Positions 47,669-54,565 of a DNA stretch of 64,000 nucleotides are shown one piece after another (positions within the stretch are counted from its first letter, which is position 1; each line of letters opens with the position of its first letter). The DNA lies in NCBI GenBank assembly GCA_963666135.2, contig CAXXNR010000001.1, positions 1,513,853 to 1,577,852 on the forward strand, written 5' to 3'. The notes beneath the pieces were generated by a model. That model was not told where the DNA came from and searched no databases. It saw only the letters and a list, made by a program, of their open reading frames with translations. The position numbers and the translations under genes are program-made. This DNA comes from Fimbriimonadaceae bacterium. Lineage in GTDB: Bacteria > Armatimonadota > Fimbriimonadia > Fimbriimonadales > Fimbriimonadaceae.

Positions 47669-48514
47669 ACCGTAGTAGGTGTATTCGAGATCGGCATCGG
47701 GGTCGGCGGCGCACGAGCGGAACCCGCCCTCGGACGTCGCCATCGAGCCGGCAAACTGCACGCTGCGCTTCAGTGGTTCTTTCTTGAGCGTGCCGATCAT
47801 AGCTAGAGCTGTCATCGAAGTGAAGGTCGAGAGAAGGTCGGGTATCGGCGCTTCGGCGTGCGCTCGGAAGCCGCCGTCGGGGTGTTCCATCGATTGGAGA
47901 AAGTCTGAGGCGTCATATAGGTCCCAGTTGATCTCCGGATTCGTATGCATCAGCACGACTCGGTATAGATAGCCGACCGCCGCACAGGTCGAATTGGTTT
48001 GCGATTTGCCTTGCGATCCGCAGTCGATGAATCCGCCGTCGCTTTGCTGCAGGTCGAGAATGCCCTGGATGGAAGCTTCGCTCGTTCTATGTCCTTGGTC
48101 GGCCATGTCTTCGCACAAAGCTCCTAAAAACGTCCAATAGGCGCTGGGCTCGCCTACCGTTCTCGTGAGACATCCCGAATCTAGCCTCCATTTGGCCAGG
48201 CAATCCTGAGTGCCGCGCGGCGAGTCTTGACCGCATATCTCGGCAATCGACAGCCTCGAAAAGCACTCCGGGACGTCGGCTATTGGGCCGTCATAGAGCG
48301 AGTAGAGAACCGATTCGCCAATCTCCTCCGGCCTTGTTAGGGCCAGCAGGCGCAGGGCGAAATCGGTGTAATAGGGGTCGGACGAACCTGCGCGGCCCCG
48401 ATAGCCGCCATCTTGCTGGCGAAACGATAGGACAAAGTCGGCGATGCGGCTCTTTAGCGCAGGGCTCAGGCCGCGTGAGCCTTCGAGCAAGATCGCGTCG
48501 ATGATCTGGCTCAT
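47624..48514 (-). CDS. prenyltransferase/squalene-oxidase-repeat (alpha-alpha toroid) protein, protein-prenyltransferase-beta-like
   Basis: Repeated Q.DGG(F/Y) motifs (FRQQDGGYRGRAG, LQQSDGGFIDCG, MEHPDGGFRAH, ATSEGGFRSC). ATG overlaps the upstream stop (ATGA). Confidence 0.7.
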   Translation of the reverse strand: MSQIIDAILLEGSRGLSPALKSRIADFVLSFRQQDGGYRGRAGSSDPYYTDFALRLLALTRPEEIGESVLYSLYDGPIADVPECFSRLSIAEICGQDSPRGTQDCLAKWRLDSGCLTRTVGEPSAYWTFLGALCEDMADQGHRTSEASIQGILDLQQSDGGFIDCGSQGKSQTNSTCAAVGYLYRVVLMHTNPEINWDLYDASDFLQSMEHPDGGFRAHAEAPIPDLLSTFTSMTALAMIGTLKKEPLKRSVQFAGSMATSEGGFRSCAADPDADLEYTYYGLGCLCLAAAKALSG

Positions 48515-50151
48515 GCCGGCCTTTTCTCGGGCAAGACAACCCGCGCCAGGAAACCGAGAAGCGACTGCAACGCCGGATCGGGGTGCTCTTCGGCGAGGCT
48601 CAGCGCTCGCTGGCGAAGCTTTACGTAAAGAGATTCAGCTTTGGCGAACGCGCCTGACTCGCGGTAGATCGCCGCCAGCTCGCTGATCATCGTGCCGCTC
48701 TTGGGATCGCAGAGCGCTTTCTTGATGGCTTGGCCCGCTCCGGCTTCCAGCGCGAACGCCAGAAGAACCGTCGGCCTCATTGCCCGCGCATCAAGGCCCA
48801 TCGAGCCTTTGTTGTCGGCGTCCTCCCAGTCGTCAAGGTCGTTTTGAACCTGATAGGCTTCGCCGAGATAGGCTCCAAAGCGATTCAACAGCTCGGGGGA
48901 GACGACTTCTCCGGCCGCCCGCAGACCGACATAGAGAGCTGCGGAAAAAGCGGGTGCGGTCTTCTGGCGATAACATCTCAGCGCATCGAGCGGAGATAGA
49001 ACTTCAGGGCGTTCGCGGGTCCACTGCAGCTCTTGCCCTTGGCCCCGGCAGAGCTCAATATGCGCTGCCGACATCTCTTTCATCATGTCCGACGTTGCCT
49101 GCGGACCAAGTTCGCTGGAGCAAGAAGCAATGAGATCGTAGCCGAGTCCGACCAAGTAATCGCCGATGTTGATGGCAATCGGCACGCCGTGAGTTCGATG
49201 CAGCGTCTTTCGGCCATAGCGCATCAGGTCGCCGTCTTGGATATCGTCGTGCGCCAGCGACGCTTTGTGCATCGCCTCGATGGCAACCGCAAGCCTCTTG
49301 ACTGTGTCCGGAACCAGGGGTTCGAGGTCGGTCTGAGAGTCGAGAACGCCTAGTCCGTGCTTGCTTACGGCATACGATGCCAAGGTCACAAACGGTCGGA
49401 ACCGTTTGCCGCCAACAGAGAGCCATTGGTGCGCAATTCTATCGGCGTCCGTGTTGCCGTCGATCCATTTCGTCTCGAAAAGCCTGTTGGCGAACCGAAG
49501 CAGGGGCACATAGCTGGTGTAGCTTTTAGCCAGCTTATCTTCCCTTAGTTGAAGGCACCGCGAAAGTTCTGTGAGGTCGGCCTCGGTGTCTTCACATCCG
49601 TCTGTCAGGAGCGGCACGGCCATATGCGGAATGCCCCATTCGGAGATGCGGCCGTACGACTTTTCGAGCGAATCGAGGCAAGCCACGCCCAGGATCGCAT
49701 CGGCTTGGCCTTCCAGAGCGTGCATCGTCACCGAAGTCACGCCTTCGGCTACGGCGACGCGGTAGCCCAGCTTCTCGGCCCTGGTTTGGATGTCGCTGAT
49801 CGGACACAAGGCGCAGTGCGCGCAGATGAGGCCTTCGCTGTCGAAAGCAGCTGAGCACGATGTAGAAGAGCGTAAGCAGTGAGGAAGGAGCAGGAGCCTT
49901 CTGTCGAAGGGGGTTGCTGCAAAGGCTGAGGCCCACCAGGCATTGCTGAGGACGACCATGGCGAAACCGGTGTTTTCGTGGGGGAGGTTTAGCCGTTCGA
50001 CTAGCGAGATGGCCAGCATTCGCAACGTTTCTTGGCTCGGTATGCCGTCAAATTGAACTTGCGTGGCGGCGTCCCTGATCACCTGCCGAATCTCAGCCGA
50101 CTCGGGCATTCGCTTTATATCCAATATGTTCGGCGTCGGTTCTGTCGGCAT
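48511..50151 (-). CDS. fusion: N-terminal Cys-rich DUF116-like domain + C-terminal trans-polyprenyl diphosphate synthase
   Basis: The N-terminal half contains LLLLPHCLRSSTSCSAAFDSEGLICAHCALCPI (DUF116-like, tentative). The C-terminal half has a first Asp-rich motif (LAHDDIQDGDLMRYGRKTLH) and a second motif reading YQVQNDLDDWED. The start is ATG 50151 (2 nt after the upstream stop) or GTG 50169. Confidence 0.7.
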   Translation of the reverse strand: MPTEPTPNILDIKRMPESAEIRQVIRDAATQVQFDGIPSQETLRMLAISLVERLNLPHENTGFAMVVLSNAWWASAFAATPFDRRLLLLPHCLRSSTSCSAAFDSEGLICAHCALCPISDIQTRAEKLGYRVAVAEGVTSVTMHALEGQADAILGVACLDSLEKSYGRISEWGIPHMAVPLLTDGCEDTEADLTELSRCLQLREDKLAKSYTSYVPLLRFANRLFETKWIDGNTDADRIAHQWLSVGGKRFRPFVTLASYAVSKHGLGVLDSQTDLEPLVPDTVKRLAVAIEAMHKASLAHDDIQDGDLMRYGRKTLHRTHGVPIAINIGDYLVGLGYDLIASCSSELGPQATSDMMKEMSAAHIELCRGQGQELQWTRERPEVLSPLDALRCYRQKTAPAFSAALYVGLRAAGEVVSPELLNRFGAYLGEAYQVQNDLDDWEDADNKGSMGLDARAMRPTVLLAFALEAGAGQAIKKALCDPKSGTMISELAAIYRESGAFAKAESLYVKLRQRALSLAEEHPDPALQSLLGFLARVVLPEKRPA

Positions 50152-50153
50152 AG

Positions 50154-52088
50154 CTAGTGTCGGAGGCACCTTCCGAGGGCTTCCACGGCCCAGATCATCG
50201 GGTACAGCTTTTCGGAATACCAGAGTTTAGCGAAATATAACCCTATCGGCTGGGCGTCGTTCAGGCCGTCCCGCTCAATGCACGGAATGAGATACGCAAG
50301 TCCGCTCTCGATCGCTTCTTCAATTTCCCTTTTCGGTTTGAAATATGAGAGGGCAGAAAGGGATAAAGAGGTTTCTTGGAGCATCGAGGGACTCCCGATA
50401 GCGGCTCCCCATCCGCCGTCTACGTTTTGCGCTTTAAGGAGGTAATTGATGCCTTTGTCGGTTGTTTCGTTCCTTTGGATGCTTTCGCCGTAGGCCATCA
50501 GGACGCGGGCTGTGCCGAAAGCGGGATTCTCGTTGTCGCGGGTGAGTTGGCTGCCGAACCACAGGGGCACCCATGAACCGTCGGCTCGCTGGGTCTTGGC
50601 GAGGTAGTCGTAGCCTCGGGCTTTCGCCGTTTCGGCTTTGGAAAAGAGTTCTTTGAGCCCTCTCCCCGACCCTCCCCCATGTGATGGGGGAGGGAGCATT
50701 TCCGATTCTTGCCTGGAACCCCCATCTGTGTTCGCTTCGCTCACACTTCTTCCCCCTGCAAGCAAGGGGAAGATGAGTTTGTTCTTGTCTTCTAGCGACT
50801 GGATCGCCCGTATCGCGTGGGCCGTGATGTCGGCGCAGCTTTGGTCGAAGGGCAGGCGTCCCCAGCCGCGGCAGAACGGAGGCCAGCCGCCGTCTCTGTT
50901 CTGAAGGTTGAGGAGCCAGGTGATACCTTTCTCAATTTGGCCGGTTGGGATGGTCGGACTTGTTAGGCTTCCAGAAAGAACTAGCTGCGCTGCCGAGGTG
51001 TCGTCGCCGTCGGGAACCGAGCCGCTGAGGTCGGTCCACCCCCAGCCGCCGGGAGCTGCGTGAGTGAACGGATGGACGGTCGTTGTTTGGTTCGCCAAGG
51101 TCCACTCGATGGCAGATCGCGGCGGCTCGACTCTGGCTGTTCGCAGTGCGTTGATCGCGCACGACGTCACCCATTGAGCCAGATTCGTGTCAATCGGCCA
51201 CGAACCGTCTTCTCGTTGCTGGCTCCTGAGGAAGATAAGGGCTTTTGCTAGAACGCGGTCAATGGGGGTGCTTTGCCCCCTCCCTAACCCTCCCCCGCCG
51301 AGCGGGAGAGGGGATTTCTCCCTCCCCCATCCTATGGGGGAGGGCTGGGGAGAGGGTTCGTCTTTCCCATCTGAAGTAGGAAGATCGTTGCGAATCGTCA
51401 GCAACGACATCGAGACAAACGCCGTCAGCGGGGTCGCTTCGAGGAAGCCGCCGGACTCAGGCATGATCTGCTGGAGGATGCGAAGCGCTTTCTTTTCCGT
51501 CAACTTCCCAAGAACGGTTTGTCCTCGTTGCTTGTCGATGGCCAATCCGACAGCGATCAACGCAGGCATGGCGTAGCTGACGACTTGGAGCTTTAGCAAG
51601 TTGAACAACTGATAAGGCATCGCGGCCAACGGATAAGGAAGCCTCGGCACGGAAGACCAGCTCACGATGCCCGCAATGGCGCATGTCGTGAGGATCGGCA
51701 CCGAGAACGTGTGGTCCTCGCCGTAGATCTCGTGGATTCCTGCGGCTATATCGTCACCGAGAATGCTTTTAAGGTAGGCGAGCGCCCTTGCATCTTCGAC
51801 ACGACCAGTGATTTTCAACGCAGACAAGACTAAAAGCGTCGTGGATGGATTGCTTAGCGACTTCGGACAGTCACCCCAGCCGCCGTCGGATTTCTGGGTT
51901 TGAATTAGCCACGCCAATCCTCTTTCGATCTTGGGCGAATCTGAAGCATCGCCGTTTAGGTGCAAGGCGATAATCGCCACTGCTCCAGCTAAAGCAGAGG
52001 ACGACAGCTCGCCGACCCAATGGCCATCAGGTGTCAGCTCAGCCATAAGAGCTTCAACGGCAATGTGCAAGGCCTGCTCCGGCGTCAC
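50154..52088 (-). CDS. shc: squalene-hopene cyclase family class II terpene cyclase
   Basis: GGWGWTDLSGSVPDGDDTSAAQLVL carries the DxDDTA-type catalytic motif. Multiple QW-type repeats are present (SDGGWGDC, EDGSWPID, RDGGWPPF, ADGSWVPLWFG, VDGGWGAA), plus DITAHAIRA (compare SHC DVTAHVL). I prefer GTG 52088, which overlaps the upstream stop (GTGA). The upstream 93 codons of the track ORF overlap the radical SAM gene. Confidence 0.8.
   Translation of the reverse strand: MTPEQALHIAVEALMAELTPDGHWVGELSSSALAGAVAIIALHLNGDASDSPKIERGLAWLIQTQKSDGGWGDCPKSLSNPSTTLLVLSALKITGRVEDARALAYLKSILGDDIAAGIHEIYGEDHTFSVPILTTCAIAGIVSWSSVPRLPYPLAAMPYQLFNLLKLQVVSYAMPALIAVGLAIDKQRGQTVLGKLTEKKALRILQQIMPESGGFLEATPLTAFVSMSLLTIRNDLPTSDGKDEPSPQPSPIGWGREKSPLPLGGGGLGRGQSTPIDRVLAKALIFLRSQQREDGSWPIDTNLAQWVTSCAINALRTARVEPPRSAIEWTLANQTTTVHPFTHAAPGGWGWTDLSGSVPDGDDTSAAQLVLSGSLTSPTIPTGQIEKGITWLLNLQNRDGGWPPFCRGWGRLPFDQSCADITAHAIRAIQSLEDKNKLIFPLLAGGRSVSEANTDGGSRQESEMLPPPSHGGGSGRGLKELFSKAETAKARGYDYLAKTQRADGSWVPLWFGSQLTRDNENPAFGTARVLMAYGESIQRNETTDKGINYLLKAQNVDGGWGAAIGSPSMLQETSLSLSALSYFKPKREIEEAIESGLAYLIPCIERDGLNDAQPIGLYFAKLWYSEKLYPMIWAVEALGRCLRH
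50658..50694. repeat. palindromic G/C-homopolymer element inside the cyclase CDS (copy A)
   Basis: CCCTCTCCCCGA-CCCTCCCCCAT-gtg-ATGGGGGAGGG has an 11-bp stem. It is translated in frame as ...LPPPSHGGGSGRG... Confidence 0.75.
51275..51356. repeat. palindromic G/C-homopolymer elements inside the cyclase CDS (copy B, inverted relative to A, plus a second hairpin)
   Basis: CCCTCCCCCAT-cct-ATGGGGGAGGG-CTGGGGAGAGGG together with CCCTCCCCCGCCGAGCGGGAGAGGGG. It is translated in frame as PSPQPSPIGWGREKSPLPLGGGGLGRGQ. Confidence 0.75.
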
Positions 52089-53638
52089 GCTTTCGCCTTC
52101 CTTTGCTTCAGTCGAAACGCCGCGTTCCACCACACAACTTGGCTTTTGCCGATGACCTGAGCGGCCAAACTCCGCGCCGTCGGCACACCTGAACCTTGCT
52201 CGTTGTCCCAGACCAGCTTCGGTACCCACTTGAAGTTCAGTCGGTAAGATTCGATTACGGTTTGCCAGTGAGTTTTGGTCAGACTCGGCAATGGGTCGCT
52301 TTGACCAAGCGGGGCGAGGGCAACAGGAAACACAGACATTCGCTGATCGCTGAGTTCTTGAACCCATCTGAGGCTCTGCCGGGCTTCGTCAGGCGTTTCT
52401 GTTGGAAGCCCGAGGACGATGGAAACCAGGGGATAGAAGCCTGCGCGAATCAAGCGCCTCATCTGCTCCTGGGTGTGCGCGTGCCATTCCTCTGGCGGGC
52501 CTCCGGCCATCTTGGCGCGGCCGCCGTTCCTCGCCAGCAACGGACCGGAAGCCGTCTCAACGCCGATATTGACCCAGACGTACTCGTGCTGCTGGCCTAG
52601 AGTAAGCAATCGGCGGACTTCCAACAGCTCTTGGTCGCTGAACTGGGCGATGGAGCTGACGTTCACGTGGTCGATCTGCATCAGCTTAACAGCTTTGTTT
52701 TCTCTGAGTTTGGTTAGCGTCTTGATGAGCGTTTCTGGTTTGACTTTCGCTCCTGATGAGCCGTAGCGGAAGAAGTCCTCGCTGAGCAAGGAAAGGCTGG
52801 TTTGGCCGCCTTCGAGGTTCTTTACAATATCGCTCTCGATGGTTTCGATCGGCAAGTGGCACATCGGGGTATGGGCGATGGTGCAGAACTCGCAACCCCA
52901 TCCGCAGCCGCGGCTCATCTCGACGGCGCCCATCGTGGCAGCTGCATTGATGGCTGGGATGTCGACTGGTTGCTCGCCCTTGACGGTTCCTAAGCCTTGG
53001 CAGGTCTCAATAATCTGATTGATGATGGAAGCAATGTTGCCTTCGCAGTACCCGTCGACGACGGTGAGTTGGGCGTTCTTTTGCAAGCGTTGCAGAATCC
53101 CCAAGGTTTTTGCCGGCAAGGTGCCGGCGCTCCCAGCTATCTCATTTGGACGTACCGGGTTATCTATCTCTTGCGCGATCTGCCACGCTCCCGGTCCGCC
53201 GATGACGACTTGGGCGTTAGGAGCTTTCTTGAAAGCAGACAACAGAACCTGTTCGAAAAACACCTGAGGCCAGATGCGGCCGCCCGCGATGGCAACCATC
53301 GTCGATGAGTTCATGCCCTTGCCCAGCGGTTCGCCGGTAGCGATGCCGATGATCTTCGTTTCCGGCCCAATCGCATCTACAAGGCGGTCCGGATGGCAGA
53401 CACACACCTCATGTCCAGCGTGGACGAGTGCCGATTCAATGCGCCGCAAACCCAAAGGCGCGACTTTGGCAGGCAACGGATTGGGTCTTGGAACCGGCAT
53501 CAATAGGTTTTCGAGAATGAACCTTGGCGTCGATGTCGTCTGGCTGGCGGCAACCATGGCGTCGAACAAGCAGGCGTAGTCGGCCATCAGCAGACGGTCT
53601 GCCGTGAGAACGATTTGGTGGCCGCCTTTAGTCGCCAT
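52085..53638 (-). CDS. radical SAM enzyme with N-terminal B12-binding-like (Rossmann) domain
   Basis: EMSRGCGWGCEFCTIAH is a CxxxCxxC radical SAM motif about 240 aa after an N-terminal alpha/beta domain (KIIGIATGEPLG...). 517 aa. Confidence 0.75.
   Translation of the reverse strand: MATKGGHQIVLTADRLLMADYACLFDAMVAASQTTSTPRFILENLLMPVPRPNPLPAKVAPLGLRRIESALVHAGHEVCVCHPDRLVDAIGPETKIIGIATGEPLGKGMNSSTMVAIAGGRIWPQVFFEQVLLSAFKKAPNAQVVIGGPGAWQIAQEIDNPVRPNEIAGSAGTLPAKTLGILQRLQKNAQLTVVDGYCEGNIASIINQIIETCQGLGTVKGEQPVDIPAINAAATMGAVEMSRGCGWGCEFCTIAHTPMCHLPIETIESDIVKNLEGGQTSLSLLSEDFFRYGSSGAKVKPETLIKTLTKLRENKAVKLMQIDHVNVSSIAQFSDQELLEVRRLLTLGQQHEYVWVNIGVETASGPLLARNGGRAKMAGGPPEEWHAHTQEQMRRLIRAGFYPLVSIVLGLPTETPDEARQSLRWVQELSDQRMSVFPVALAPLGQSDPLPSLTKTHWQTVIESYRLNFKWVPKLVWDNEQGSGVPTARSLAAQVIGKSQVVWWNAAFRLKQRKAKA
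53111..53159. repeat. 49-nt hairpin element inside the radical SAM CDS
   Basis: TGCCGGCAAGGTGCCGGCGCTCCCAGCTATCTCATTTGGACGTACCGGG contains a GCCGGCA-agg-TGCCGGC stem. It is translated as VRPNEIAGSAGTLPA. Confidence 0.8.
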
Positions 53639-53647
53639 TGAGGTTCA

Positions 53648-54466
53648 TTATGGCTGAGCGTCGAGCAGGTCGATCAGGGCGTCGATGTCGTCCTTTATCG
53701 GCGATACGGGCGGCGTGTAGGGTCCTCCGCACTCTGGGCAAGTGTCGCCTGATTTCGGAGCAGGTCCAAGCGGAACCATTTTACAGACGGGACAGGCTTG
53801 TTTGGTGCGCAGATAGAACATCCGCTTGGCGTTCGCATCGGGCGACATGTAGAGTCCAGGAGAGCCGCTGATGGCTTGATCCTGAACGTACATTGGGAAT
53901 ATGATTGCGCCTTGGGGGCATATGCGCGAACACGCCGGGCAGCCGGTTTTGCATGAGTCTGGGTTCGTGATGACGACGTGCTGGGCTTCGTCGCGCGTAT
54001 AAACGCCGAAAAGGCAGAACTGCAAGCACTGGCCGCAGTCGTCGCATCGGTCTTTATCGACAACGGGGTGCCAGCGGGGTGCAGGGGCTAAGTCAGATAA
54101 AACGATAGCTCCAGTCTCTGCCGGCAAGGTGCCGGCGCTCCCAGCTATCTCACTTGGATGTACCGGGATCTCCCGCAACAACGCCTCAAAACAACCCTCG
54201 GTAGACTCAAAAGCATCGTATCGAAAACAGGCCGCACTCAATCCGTGGCGGTGCAAAATCCATTGCGTAGGACGCGGATGAAGGTCGGACCAAACCGCCG
54301 AGATCGAACCCAATGAGGCCAGTTGATTCCATAAAGAGCTAGACTCAGGAATGTCGTAAAGCGATGGTGCCAAAACGACCCGAAAACCGGCAAAAAGCAA
54401 ACGATCGGCAAGTTCGCGAACTCGATCTTCGTCTATTGAACGGCATAAAACAACGGTGGCACTCAT
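53648..54466 (-). CDS. 2x[4Fe-4S] ferredoxin-domain protein with N-terminal alpha/beta domain and C-terminal zinc-ribbon
   Basis: CDDCGQCLQFC and CKTGCPACSRICP cluster motifs, then CPVC...CPEC. It is the first gene of the operon, ending 9 nt before the radical SAM gene. Confidence 0.7.
   Translation of the reverse strand: MSATVVLCRSIDEDRVRELADRLLFAGFRVVLAPSLYDIPESSSLWNQLASLGSISAVWSDLHPRPTQWILHRHGLSAACFRYDAFESTEGCFEALLREIPVHPSEIAGSAGTLPAETGAIVLSDLAPAPRWHPVVDKDRCDDCGQCLQFCLFGVYTRDEAQHVVITNPDSCKTGCPACSRICPQGAIIFPMYVQDQAISGSPGLYMSPDANAKRMFYLRTKQACPVCKMVPLGPAPKSGDTCPECGGPYTPPVSPIKDDIDALIDLLDAQP
54119..54167. repeat. 49-nt hairpin element inside the ferredoxin-like CDS (47/49 identical to 53111-53159)
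   Basis: TGCCGGCAAGGTGCCGGCGCTCCCAGCTATCTCACTTGGATGTACCGGG is translated as VHPSEIAGSAGTLPA. A diverged intergenic relative sits at about 37686-37715. Confidence 0.8.
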
Positions 54467-54493
54467 CGGAGTCGTAAATCAGTATAAAAGATG

Positions 54494-54511
54494 TACCGTT
54501 AACCTACGGTA
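54494..54511. promoter_or_regulatory. candidate operator palindrome in the 99-bp divergent intergenic region
   Basis: TACCGT-taacct-ACGGTA lies between the two divergent operon starts (54466 and 54566). Positional evidence only. Confidence 0.25.
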
Positions 54512-54565
54512 AAATCCACCTTACCACGAACGCGAACGCGCAAGCTGTGACGGCCCGGCCAAAAC

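Noticed and set aside
52089-52367. Upstream 93 codons of the cyclase track ORF (start at 52367).
   Set aside because: This part fully overlaps the 3' end of the radical SAM gene in another frame and is Arg/Cys/Ser-rich. GTG 52088 forms a GTGA start/stop overlap, which is the junction type used repeatedly in this window.
47624-54466. Calling this locus a standard hopanoid (hpn) biosynthesis cluster, or labelling the radical SAM gene hpnJ, hpnP or hpnR.
   Set aside because: No hpnCDE/sqs, hpnG, hpnH or hpnN genes are visible, and the radical SAM N-terminus does not resemble what I recall of HpnJ or HpnP. I cannot establish orthology without a search, so I kept it as a generic B12-type radical SAM enzyme.
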